The notes under the pieces were generated by a model. The model saw nothing but the letters and a program-made list of their open reading frames with translations, was not told where the DNA came from and searched no databases. From the IMG/VR virus record IMGVR_UViG_3300033076_000890, positions 1 through 61,981 of that record: a stretch of DNA of 61,981 nucleotides. One strand, 5' to 3'. Of the stretch, positions 38,753-49,200 are shown in pieces (within the stretch, counting starts at the first letter, position 1; every line of letters starts with the position of its first letter). The DNA comes from a virus. Lineage: Duplodnaviria; Caudoviricetes. The translations under genes were made by a program, and so were the position numbers.

Positions 38753-39766
38753 TTAGTTGGTTGCCAGTCGTAAACGACCAAGAGAGCGAGTGTTTGGCAT
38801 CCAAAGACCCATTCCCCAATCAAACAGCACGTTGTGCATAATGCCGTTTTCTTTAGACTTGCCTAAATATTCAGGCTTAAATGGACCAGACTGCCAACCC
38901 TGCACATATCCAGTTCCATAACGAACGGCATAAATATCAGCAAAGTTACTTGGTGCAGAAATGACTGCAGTAGTACCATCAATCTTTCGTCCAACGGTAC
39001 GAATCTTTGCGCCCTTATACGAGTCTACATTACGGTCAAATGCATCCTTGTTAGCATCAAAACCAGTACCGGATCCTAATGCACGAATGACGAATTCAAA
39101 GCGACGCTTTGTGTCTTCATTCATGTAAAGAACAATTCCGTTTCCATCTGGGGAATTTAAATTGTCAAACAGTTCCTGTAATGCAGACATACAGCCATTA
39201 GCTTCAAGTGCATTGTAAGAACTTGTCGTGTCTAACGATGCAGATGTAGATGCTGGAGCAACTAAACAGTCAGATGGAATATCGTACTGAGCACGGTTTT
39301 CAAGGCGATACTTTAACCCCGGAAAACAGTCTGCGCTATTACCAGCAGCGGAAGATGTTGGGTCATTATTAATGAATTTATCATTAAAATCATACGCAAA
39401 TCCTTCCATGAAAATCTTGATCTGTGCTTCTACAGGATCAATGATATTGTTTGGCTGGTCAAGCAAACGAGAGTCAACCGTAATCTTGTTACGGATGAGA
39501 TACATCTGCTCTTCGTACGACTTTGGCTTTCCTTTAACGGCATTTGGTTCACCGTTAATAGTTGACCACGTTGGAACTGGAATAGTGCCAGCCTCATTCG
39601 TATAGCGTACACCTACCTGTCGTAAAGAAGGTGATGTGTAAAACGGGATGTCCTTAATAGCGTTCCATGTCTGGTGCAAAGACATAGTGATTTCTTTTAC
39701 AAGAGGATCATTTGAAAGGACAGCTTGATCTGCAAGTGTAAGTGCACCGTTAAAATCGATAGCCAT
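38753..39766 (-). CDS. major capsid protein
   Basis: 337 aa after the scaffold; LTLAD start, FPGLKYRL, YAVRYG, RSLGRL end; GGAG RBS. Confidence 0.85.
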   Translation of the reverse strand: MAIDFNGALTLADQAVLSNDPLVKEITMSLHQTWNAIKDIPFYTSPSLRQVGVRYTNEAGTIPVPTWSTINGEPNAVKGKPKSYEEQMYLIRNKITVDSRLLDQPNNIIDPVEAQIKIFMEGFAYDFNDKFINNDPTSSAAGNSADCFPGLKYRLENRAQYDIPSDCLVAPASTSASLDTTSSYNALEANGCMSALQELFDNLNSPDGNGIVLYMNEDTKRRFEFVIRALGSGTGFDANKDAFDRNVDSYKGAKIRTVGRKIDGTTAVISAPSNFADIYAVRYGTGYVQGWQSGPFKPEYLGKSKENGIMHNVLFDWGMGLWMPNTRSLGRLRLATN

Positions 39767-39775
39767 TTTCTACTC

Positions 39776-40636
39776 CTAACGCCCAATACCAAGCAATCGC
39801 GTTATCCCTGATAAAGCATTTCGCTGTGGTTGCTGGGGCTGAACTACTGGTTGAGCTGATGCGCTCGTGTCAATTGGTGTCGGCACGTTCTGACGTTCTG
39901 TGACCATATCAAGAAGTTCTGGAACTAATGATTCAACAAGACCTTGCACTTGATTGTGTACTGCTCTTGCTGCCTCAATTGGACTAATTCCAGAGCCAAT
40001 TAATTGCTCAACAACATCTTCTGCACGACGTGCATATGGAAATTGTTCATATGCCTCTACGCGTTGTTGTGAAATCATATAATTGTTCATTTGTGATACA
40101 ACTTGGTCGTATCTAAACTTATTGATTTCTGCTTCCGCGTAGGCATTTGCAGCTTGGGGATCAAAATATTCGGTGTTGACTTTCTGTTGCCAACGATCTC
40201 GAATTCCCTGTTCCTGCCTAGCAATTTCCTGCTGCTGTAATGCTTTTTGGACATCAGCTGCAGATTTGAAACCGCTACTTTCAAATTGAGTTATGACATC
40301 TTTCCATCTTTCAAGTGCCTCTTGTTGTTGACGTAAAGCTTTTGCTTCTTCGTTAACTTCTCGAAACCTATCATATGGGACACTAGCTGGCTTTTCCGGT
40401 ACTACCGTATCGAGCAGCTTTTGCCTAACTCTTGTTTCTACGTCTGTTTGATTAAAAACATCTGAAACATCATCATTGAAGTCATCTGATTGGAATACGG
40501 GTTCATTATTTAACGCCTCGAACCCATCGTTGTCAGGTGCGGCGTTTTCCCTGACAAAGTCCATCAATGCTCCACCAACATTGCCCGGTGCCGCTGCTGG
40601 CGAATCAGCGGTTCGTGTCACCATCTCTTCGGACAT
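39776..40636 (-). CDS. scaffolding protein
   Basis: Acidic N-terminus, SVPYDRFREVNEE motif, coiled coil; between portal and capsid. Confidence 0.75.
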   Translation of the reverse strand: MSEEMVTRTADSPAAAPGNVGGALMDFVRENAAPDNDGFEALNNEPVFQSDDFNDDVSDVFNQTDVETRVRQKLLDTVVPEKPASVPYDRFREVNEEAKALRQQQEALERWKDVITQFESSGFKSAADVQKALQQQEIARQEQGIRDRWQQKVNTEYFDPQAANAYAEAEINKFRYDQVVSQMNNYMISQQRVEAYEQFPYARRAEDVVEQLIGSGISPIEAARAVHNQVQGLVESLVPELLDMVTERQNVPTPIDTSASAQPVVQPQQPQRNALSGITRLLGIGR

Positions 40637-42841
40637 TTACATCATACCTTCTTGTGTTTTGTCATTGCCAGCCTGTTCTGGCTCCATGGCTTGCATTAAT
40701 TTTTGCTTACCAAGGTCTGTTATGGCTCCATCTTCATTTGCTGCAGCCATAATTCCTGCTTTAGCTGTTTCAAGTGCAATATCAGCTTCTAATTGCGCTT
40801 GTATTTCAGCTGTTCGTTTTTGCATTTCTATTTGAGCTTTAATTTGCTCTTCTTCTGGATTAAATACTTTTCCAGCATTTTGCTGAGCAGCTTGCTGTTG
40901 CATCATTTCCATTTGTTGCATCTGCATTGCTTGTTGCTTTTGGGCTTGCCCATCAAGATGTTGGTATATCCGTGATGCATGAGGCATATTTGTAAGTTCA
41001 ATAAACAATCGGTTCGTATCTGGATCCATTGGATCTCCAAATACACCCATCTGCCTTAATGCAGCCATTTTTTGTAATCTCTGATCAGGGCCATCTTCCA
41101 TAGATGATCCGGGCACATAGACAATCCTGTATTGCCCACCAGATTTCAATGCGTCAAAGCGCATGACTCCTTGTGCAATTTGATCTTGAGGTAGCATTTT
41201 CCCTTGTATGTTCCCAACAAAAGGAACAATTCCAAATTGCTCAATAAGCGCAACTTCCCATTCTTTGATCTTTGCCGCGCTTATTTCGATGTCAGCTCGG
41301 ATGTAACTATGTTGTGTATTATCACTTCTCTGCAATAACCTGACAGCTTCAGCTGGTGTTCCAGCTGCTGCTTGTCCTTGAGAAACATCGTGCAATCCAG
41401 CAATATCCATCATGTCACGCTCAATAAATTGTAAAAGCGGAAATAGATCAGATCCAATGCCGGGAGCGCGTTGTATTGTTGGAGGGTGACTGCCTCTCAT
41501 ATAATTAATACGACGGTAGATTCTATTCTTGTCATCAATCTCGTCACTGCTATTGTCATATGCATCAGCACCAACACCACTTAAGTTTTCTACTAAAATA
41601 TAATCTTTTTGTCCTTCAAACTGTTCAAGTAGTCGTGAGTACACACGGTTATACGTACTTTGCAATGCACACAGATCAAAACCTAATGAATATCCATATG
41701 GCGTTCCTGAACGAGGTTGCCAGCGCAATGGAATAAATGGGAACGAATCTTTCTTTTTATATGGCCATACACCTGCGTACAGCAAACAACTGTTTGTAGA
41801 AACTATATATCGTCCATTTGGATACAATGCAGATGGCTTTTCCCAGTATTCATATACTACTGCAGCCATTTTTTTAGTATCTTGGTTATTCATTGCTGCA
41901 GTAGATGGTTGTGTCCATCCACGTCCAGCGCCATTTGATCCGTGAATATAACTATCTACATAGCCACTATTAGTTCCAGTTTGTGAATCAGGCTTGACTG
42001 CTTTGCCAGCCTCACCATAAGAATCAACAAACCACGACAACGGCTTAACCATTGCGTGAATCATCCAACGCACGTCATCGTCACGCTTTGCTGATGGATC
42101 TAAATAAACATCAAATGCTGGCAGTATTTGTTCCACAACATCGCCAACGCGCATTTTTGTATGTCCAATAACACTTTGCCCCATAGCATCCATTTGCGGA
42201 ACAACTTGTTCTCGATTGCTATCCCAGAACAGCTTTACATATGATGTACCGCAAACACATGCCCAACGTACACGTTCTTTAGTTTGTGTTTCTCGGTCAT
42301 ATTTGCGATTGTAATGACTTAGTAAAAAATTCGCTTCATCTGCAGCAGATAGGTCAACCGGGTTGTGGCTAATTGGAACGGCGGATACATCCGGTGAACA
42401 CTGTGTCAATTTTCCAACAACGCCATCAATAAGAGGGCGTATCTTGTTGACTGTCATGTAACGATTTGGTTCTTTGTCGTTTTGGATTGAAACTAAATTG
42501 CGCGTTTCACTGTTTACTCTAAACCATTGCCTTCCCTCAAAAAAGGCTGTCGCCATAATCCATTCAAGTTCCATTTCCTGACGAGCACGATAAGTTAAAT
42601 CAAACTGCTCTTTTACAAATGCCGTAATCTTTTTTGCTTCATCAGGCTGATCTTTCGGCGATACTTTCCAATCTTTATTATTTAAATCTAGTTTTAAATT
42701 ATCTTTATCTTCTTTTTCAATTGATTTAATATCAAATGAACCAATAGTTCCAGTAGCTGGACTTTTTTGATAGGCAGTAACTTTTGGCTGCTTATTAGCA
42801 CCACCAAGCAAACTATTCATCACCATCTCTTGCAGACTCAT
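40637..42841 (-). CDS. portal protein
   Basis: AFFEGRQW, VNKIRPLID, CGTSYVKLFWD; Q/M-rich C-terminal barrel; follows terL; likely start MSLQEM at 42841. Confidence 0.9.
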   Translation of the reverse strand: MSLQEMVMNSLLGGANKQPKVTAYQKSPATGTIGSFDIKSIEKEDKDNLKLDLNNKDWKVSPKDQPDEAKKITAFVKEQFDLTYRARQEMELEWIMATAFFEGRQWFRVNSETRNLVSIQNDKEPNRYMTVNKIRPLIDGVVGKLTQCSPDVSAVPISHNPVDLSAADEANFLLSHYNRKYDRETQTKERVRWACVCGTSYVKLFWDSNREQVVPQMDAMGQSVIGHTKMRVGDVVEQILPAFDVYLDPSAKRDDDVRWMIHAMVKPLSWFVDSYGEAGKAVKPDSQTGTNSGYVDSYIHGSNGAGRGWTQPSTAAMNNQDTKKMAAVVYEYWEKPSALYPNGRYIVSTNSCLLYAGVWPYKKKDSFPFIPLRWQPRSGTPYGYSLGFDLCALQSTYNRVYSRLLEQFEGQKDYILVENLSGVGADAYDNSSDEIDDKNRIYRRINYMRGSHPPTIQRAPGIGSDLFPLLQFIERDMMDIAGLHDVSQGQAAAGTPAEAVRLLQRSDNTQHSYIRADIEISAAKIKEWEVALIEQFGIVPFVGNIQGKMLPQDQIAQGVMRFDALKSGGQYRIVYVPGSSMEDGPDQRLQKMAALRQMGVFGDPMDPDTNRLFIELTNMPHASRIYQHLDGQAQKQQAMQMQQMEMMQQQAAQQNAGKVFNPEEEQIKAQIEMQKRTAEIQAQLEADIALETAKAGIMAAANEDGAITDLGKQKLMQAMEPEQAGNDKTQEGMM

Positions 42842-42843
42842 TA

Positions 42844-42987
42844 TTACACCCACTTCTGCCCGTCATTTATTTGGGCAATTAATAAACGTTCGTCTTTGAT
42901 TTCTCGCAATATGCTAACTACGTGCATCATGAGATAAACATGTGCAATTGCGCAAATTGAGACGATGATTGAAACTGCTACACCCAT
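42844..42987 (-). CDS. small membrane protein (47 aa, not in ORF track)
   Basis: MGVAVSIIVSICAIAHVYLMMHVVSILREIKDERLLIAQINDGQKWV fills the terL-portal gap. Confidence 0.65.
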   Translation of the reverse strand: MGVAVSIIVSICAIAHVYLMMHVVSILREIKDERLLIAQINDGQKWV

Positions 42988-44720
42988 TCTGTATTGCTGC
43001 CTTTATTCATCCATCTAGGTATATATCGACCAGAAGTGCCATGCTCTGATGAAACTTCAGGACATTTTACTGGATATTCACGCCACATCATTCCATAGCG
43101 AAAACTATCAATTGCGTGATCATTCTTTGTGCCACTATCTATATCTTCTGGATCTCTAGGATGAGCCATTGTGTTGGACAGTTGTTTAATTAAGTTAGGA
43201 CATGTTCCACGGACTATCTGTAACTTTGGTTTTATAACTCCATTGACAGATGTTGTTGCCTCTAACCATTCCTTTACGCGTCTCCAACCAGCCTTACGGT
43301 CTTTTACAGCTCTAACAGCTGGAAGATTTCTTTCCCACCATACCTCGACAGGATATTCACCAATTCGATCTTGAGCGTTCATGGGTGGAAACGTGTTAGC
43401 CCAGTCAAAAGCAATTGCCTCAAGTTTGTTATTCCATCGCCCGTCACGTAGTTTTGTATTAATTGGCTCAGCAAGGTTATACTTTTCTAGCATGTCAAGC
43501 ACTTTTTGCGCTTGAGCACTACTTACTAATCCAGCTTCATACATCTCTCCAAGTACATAAACATTTTCATTGTCATCACTTGCGTATAAGAGAAAGCATG
43601 CAGGAGCGCCTGTACCAAAGTCGTGACTACCCCAGACTCTCCACCATGGCTGTACGTCAACATGATCAACTACATGCCAGCTTGCGCCATCGGATCCATA
43701 CTCTTTAAATGTATTAAAAAATAACCCGCCTACACCTACCTCGTGTTGGCACTCCCTCAAAAAAGACATCAAGCCATAAGTATCAATTTCATGTTGGCAT
43801 ACTTCTAAAGTTTTATGTTCCCACGCTGGCGTACCACCCGTGATTTTATATCCGACGCGCCCATCTTCTCGTTCAAATGTGTCATATTGCAGATCATGTA
43901 CAGCTGGAACAATAGGGCTTTGTATGCGATTTTGAAGCATATCTAATTCGCCACTTAGCACATGACTCATCACACTATTTGCATGGATTCTGTTTTGCAC
44001 AAACACAACAGCACAATCCGTACTTCTTGCTGGCAAAATTGTTTGAGTGATTGTACGTATTTTTTTATCAACCGCATTTACAGAATCATCTAACTCATCA
44101 ATGTCGTCAAGGATAATCATGTCTGGACGCAAGTGATCTAATTTAACACCACGAGCGCCGGTGTCTAATCCAAATGCAAGTACATTAAAACCATTTGCCG
44201 TACGTAATTTTGATGCGCTCCATCCTTTAGAGAATCCATATTTATTTACAGCTCTTTCAATACCACAGCGCTCCATTGCTGTTGCAATATCTTGAACGTG
44301 TCTGTCTGCCATGTCCTGCGTAGCGCATACATACACAACAAATCGCCGTGTTGCTTTTACAGCTAATCGACTAACAATCAATTCCATTGTGGTGCTTTTT
44401 CCACCACCTCGAAACCAACATTCAATTAACGCAGGTGGCGTAAACCCCGGTTCTAATTTCTCAGCCCATTGCCATGCTCTATGATGGTGGTCGCCAAGTT
44501 TACTAGAAGCTGCATGTGGCGCATATGTTGAAAGCCATGTTTCGTATGTTAATTCATGTCCAATTAGTTTTGACGCAACACCGTTGTCATAGTCACCAAC
44601 TTCAATTGCTTGTGATAACTCATCACCAAGTGCCTCTAATAAAGCGACAGCTAATGGCTTTGTTGGTTTTACATATTTTCTAAATGCGCGAGGAGCCGCT
44701 TTACTCAGTGTCTTGTTCAT
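42978..44720 (-). CDS. terL: terminase large subunit
   Basis: Walker A FRGGGKST, Walker B IILDDID, nuclease GSHDFG and DHAIDSFRY. Confidence 0.93.
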   Translation of the reverse strand: MNKTLSKAAPRAFRKYVKPTKPLAVALLEALGDELSQAIEVGDYDNGVASKLIGHELTYETWLSTYAPHAASSKLGDHHHRAWQWAEKLEPGFTPPALIECWFRGGGKSTTMELIVSRLAVKATRRFVVYVCATQDMADRHVQDIATAMERCGIERAVNKYGFSKGWSASKLRTANGFNVLAFGLDTGARGVKLDHLRPDMIILDDIDELDDSVNAVDKKIRTITQTILPARSTDCAVVFVQNRIHANSVMSHVLSGELDMLQNRIQSPIVPAVHDLQYDTFEREDGRVGYKITGGTPAWEHKTLEVCQHEIDTYGLMSFLRECQHEVGVGGLFFNTFKEYGSDGASWHVVDHVDVQPWWRVWGSHDFGTGAPACFLLYASDDNENVYVLGEMYEAGLVSSAQAQKVLDMLEKYNLAEPINTKLRDGRWNNKLEAIAFDWANTFPPMNAQDRIGEYPVEVWWERNLPAVRAVKDRKAGWRRVKEWLEATTSVNGVIKPKLQIVRGTCPNLIKQLSNTMAHPRDPEDIDSGTKNDHAIDSFRYGMMWREYPVKCPEVSSEHGTSGRYIPRWMNKGSNTEWV

Positions 44721-45429
44721 CTACTATTTCTGCATCCATAATGTCATCTTGTTGATATTGCTTTAGTAATTTAGCAAATCCAGCCTTTATGCCATTTAAC
44801 TCATCTACATTCCTGACGTGTTGTTTGACGACACCAAGTATCTGCATAGCTAAACTATACGCTTGGTCAACTTCAAGTGTGTATGCCTTTGTATGCATCA
44901 TACGTGCTTCTGCTTCTACTAATTCTGTGCGCTTGTCTATTAATTGAACAACATCTTGACTTGCTTTATACAAGTCAATACCTTCATTTATAATCTTTCC
45001 AAGTTGTTTAAACGCTGGCATAAATTCATCTGTGCCGTATGTTGCACGACATACATTCATTTGATCTTTAATTGATTCATAGTGCTCAACAGAAATTCCA
45101 TTACTAGCAGCTTCAGCACGTACGTCCATCAATGCTGTTAAATACGCAGCATCATCTCGCAGTGAAAATAAATCTGGATCTTCCCTTAACTCATCAATAC
45201 GTGTAAGTAGCGTAGGTGCAACTTGACTGAATCGACGCCTTTGCTTACTCCATAATCCAGTTTTAAATGCTGGATTATCTACGCCTGTTAACGTTTTTCC
45301 ACCATGATGGATGCAAAATTCACGTCCAGTCACAGCTATATTTTTACATTTCTCACCGTTTCTTTTTTGTGATGAGCACAGTTTTATTTTTGCTCCATTG
45401 ACTTCACGAATTGCTATTTCAGTTGTCAT
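44701..45429 (-). CDS. terminase small subunit-like (HGGxSTG domain)
   Basis: C....RNGEKC.N.A..G...C.HHGGKT...N.AFKTGLWSK; directly upstream of terL. Confidence 0.7.
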   Translation of the reverse strand: MTTEIAIREVNGAKIKLCSSQKRNGEKCKNIAVTGREFCIHHGGKTLTGVDNPAFKTGLWSKQRRRFSQVAPTLLTRIDELREDPDLFSLRDDAAYLTALMDVRAEAASNGISVEHYESIKDQMNVCRATYGTDEFMPAFKQLGKIINEGIDLYKASQDVVQLIDKRTELVEAEARMMHTKAYTLEVDQAYSLAMQILGVVKQHVRNVDELNGIKAGFAKLLKQYQQDDIMDAEIVDEQDTE

Positions 45430-46265
45430 TAGTTACCAGATAAAAACTTTTGTAGATTTTGTTGAAATGCGTTTTTTAATTCGTTTCCAACAAACTTAGC
45501 ATCACGAACACCACCACTAATTGACCGTCTTACGTTACTGTTGATATCAGTAGCAACACCGACAGCATTTTTTGTTATTCTATCTACTGTTGGATGAACA
45601 TTTTTTGGCAGGATATTTTTCAGTGGTTGTGAAAAAAATTGGTTTATGTCACCTTTTTGGTTTATTAATTTTTCTCTTTCATAACCTTCCATGCTAGTTA
45701 CATCATCTGCTGCTCCCGGTTGCTGTGCAATCATCTCTAACAGTGGAAGTATTTCAGAATACTGTGCTTGCATTTTCCCCTGATTAAAAAATGAATCTAC
45801 TGCTTTTGTAGCGTCAGCTGCTTTTTCACCAAGATTTCTGTCAAATATCTGTTCACGCATACCGCCATATACAGGATTCATCAACGCTCCTTTTAGGGCA
45901 AATACTCCAGATTGAACATTAGGATTAGCTGCTGCTGATACACCTTTTGTTGCAAGCAAGGCCATTAATGCTTTTAAGCCAGCATCAGTAGTTATATCCA
46001 ATCCAAGAGTGGCTGCAGTAGAAAGCAATGCGTTCATACGTGCATCTCGTGGCATGTCTGGATGAAATGCTTGTCCAAGTTGTGGTTTTTGACTGCCAGC
46101 AAGTGACAGGTCGCCAATAATTCTTCCGCCCATACCGGGCGCTACAAATTGACCAATTGTTGCAGTTGGTGCTGAATACATTTGCAATAAATCAGCAGTT
46201 TTTTTATCAAGTTCTGGGCCAGGTTGAGGTCTACGAGATGTTTTTGTTTGTTTACCTTGAGGCAT
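45429..46265 (-). CDS. hypothetical protein (possible internal virion protein)
   Basis: 278 aa, coupled to neighbours. Confidence 0.7.
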   Translation of the reverse strand: MPQGKQTKTSRRPQPGPELDKKTADLLQMYSAPTATIGQFVAPGMGGRIIGDLSLAGSQKPQLGQAFHPDMPRDARMNALLSTAATLGLDITTDAGLKALMALLATKGVSAAANPNVQSGVFALKGALMNPVYGGMREQIFDRNLGEKAADATKAVDSFFNQGKMQAQYSEILPLLEMIAQQPGAADDVTSMEGYEREKLINQKGDINQFFSQPLKNILPKNVHPTVDRITKNAVGVATDINSNVRRSISGGVRDAKFVGNELKNAFQQNLQKFLSGN

Positions 46266-49200
46266 TACTTACTCCTTTGATCCAATGCGTCACTTGTTGT
46301 TTTGAGAAGTCCCCACAATGTCATTGCGCTACCAATTCCTTTTCCTTTGGCTCCTCGCATACTAGCCCTCATTGCATCGGCTCGACTTTGCGGTTTTGCT
46401 GGTGAAACAACAGGTTTTTGCGTTGCTATTGGAGCTGCATTTTTACTTGATGGGGTAAATGCAGCACGTTGTTCCGCTAAACCTGTATCTGATTTAAATA
46501 AACTATTTGCAATGCGACCTCCCATTGCTGCATACTTTGCTTTATCCTGTGCAACAATAGCATATTTTTTATCTTTTAATTGCCCTCTGTTAAATCCAGC
46601 ACTCTGACCTGCACCTACTTCTAGGAGTAATCCATTTGCTTGATTTTCAGGAATACCTGCTTTTACTAACACCTTAACGGCATCAGCTTTTGTCATTACC
46701 TTACCATTTCGATTAAAAACACTATTGGCTGATTCCAAGATATCTAAGTATCCCGGATGCCAATCGCTATTAGTAATGGTTATTGCGAGACCATTATTAA
46801 TTTTTACACGTACTCTATTACCAGCCTTCGCTGCTGCAGCAATTGCTTCTTGCTCTTCTCTAACTTTAGCTGCGCTGATAGCTTTTACATATTTATCTTT
46901 ATCATCATTAAGTCCACCAATTTGCAATTCAAGTTGTCTGATGTTTTCTTCTGCAGAAGCAATTTTTTGCCTATGCTCATCTACTTTGGATTTGATTGGT
47001 TTGACTTTACGTAATGCTTGTAATTCTGTCCTTGCGTTATCTAAATCGGAATTAGCAGTTTTGATATCTCTGATAATTTTACGTGTTGCAGTAGAAATAT
47101 CAGCAGAACTCATTTTAGTAAGATCAACGGCTGACTTAGTTGCCTTAGGTTGAGGCTTAGCTGGTTCTGGCGTTGGTTCCGGAGTTGGTTCCGGAGTTGT
47201 TTTCGGTTTTAATTTAGCCTCACGTAAAGCTGCTCGCTTACGTAAGATATCTAATTTTCTCTTATCCGCTGGACTTAAATTCAACTCTTCAACACGTAAG
47301 TTAAGTCCTTGCATATCTGCTCCTGCTCTTACTAATGCAGTGTCAGATTCAGGCAAGGTTATTCCTGCATTCTTGGCTCTTGCAATGCGTTGAACTAAAT
47401 CAGAGAGGGCTTCATTCTTTGCGTTTGTAGTAGTAGCCTTTTCATAATTTTCTATAGCCATGACAATTCCATCCGTAAATGGATGTCGTGCTGCACGTAA
47501 ACTAGCTCTTGCTCTGCTATCTGGCGCAAAATTCAATATATTAATAGCATCGGTTATTGCAGTAGATACAAGATTCTTCCTACTTGTTTTTCGATCTGCT
47601 ACTCTACCTTTACCTTCGCCGATATCTACTCCAGCTCCACTTACACTTGGTGCTGATTTTATATTTCCTGCCTCTGCTTGTTTTGCTACAACATCACCAG
47701 CGTAACCATAAACAGCATCCATAAACGACATTCTCGCTCTGCTGTTATTTTTGTCATCATAAACAAGACTGGTAACTTGATCTTTAACTGCTTGCTCAAA
47801 AGCTGGTCGTAATTCTGGCGTAATATCTGCATCGCCAGTCCTATCCTCAAGAACGGTTTTAACAATTCGTGATATCTGTGCCTCTTTGTCTAAACCAGAA
47901 CCTTCTTGGAGATAGATATTACGGGCAGTTGCAAATGCACTTTGTATTTTAGTTTTATGATTCTGAATAATAATGTCTTCAGCTGCTCGTCTGTCACCAG
48001 CATCAACCTTATTAACAACATCACGCTCTAGTCTACTTTCACTGCTTCGTGGACCAGATGTGCCATTCATTGTTCCCGGAGCACGAGAATCTGGTTTAAA
48101 GTCGCGTCCTCTTGCAATTTCTAAAATAGAATGCAATGCGCTACCTTGCCTACGACTCATATCAGTAACTACGCGTTGTAATTCTTGTTGAGTAATACCT
48201 GTGTTACTTAACTGATCGATGACGTTTTGGTCACCTGTAAACAGTACGTATTTAGCAAATGAATCAACTGCTTCAGGGAAGTTTTTAAATGCAGTATTCA
48301 ATTCTGCATGTAATTGATTAAACGATGAAACAATGTAATTTGCAGGTAATCCATACTTGCCCTGTGATGCGCTTTGTGTGGCTACTGTAGAAACACCAAC
48401 GCGTTCGGTTTGTTGATTAGTGCGAACTCTTACTGTTTTTGGTTTTCCATCTTCACCAATTACAGGCACATAACGACCATCTTTTAATTGATATTGTTGT
48501 ACGTTAGCTGTTCCTGTTTTTGGATCAACGTCATACGATTTAATTAAATTTTTGTCATTAATTGTTCTACCATTAACATCAACAGGCATAAGTTGGACTG
48601 TTGATCTTGTAGATTGACGTGCGCCTTCAACTAGATTTATTCCTGAAAATAATTTTTTGAAGTTGATATCAGATCCACCAGAAGCCCAGTGGTCTAACAT
48701 GTCTAATGTTTGATCTAATCTTGCTGATCCTGTAACTTGACGTGGGCGCATATAGTCAGGTGTGCCATCAGCTTTTAATTGGAATCCTGTAGATACACCA
48801 ATGCCACCAACTTGCGACCTAATATCATCTGCTGATGTTATTAATGAGTTAAGTTGTCCAAGCGCACCACGCAAATTAGTGTATTGATCTGGAGTTAATA
48901 TCGATGGAAAATCTGCGGATGCTTTGGAGGATGTAAGCACATACTCATCACCGCGCTTTTCGTACATATCTAAATTAGTTTTTAATCGTGTCTGCATTGC
49001 TTTAGCAGTGTCGTACATTTCTGCACCTGCTTTATCAACATATAGGACACCATTTTCATCCGCTGGAATTCGCATTAACTGCTTGAGGTCACTCACGACA
49101 TCTGCCATTGTCTCAAGACTTGATTGCGATCCACTTACAACGCGAGCGCCACGTGCCATGTCGCCATATTCGTTTTGTACAATATCTAAGTTTTTTGTTC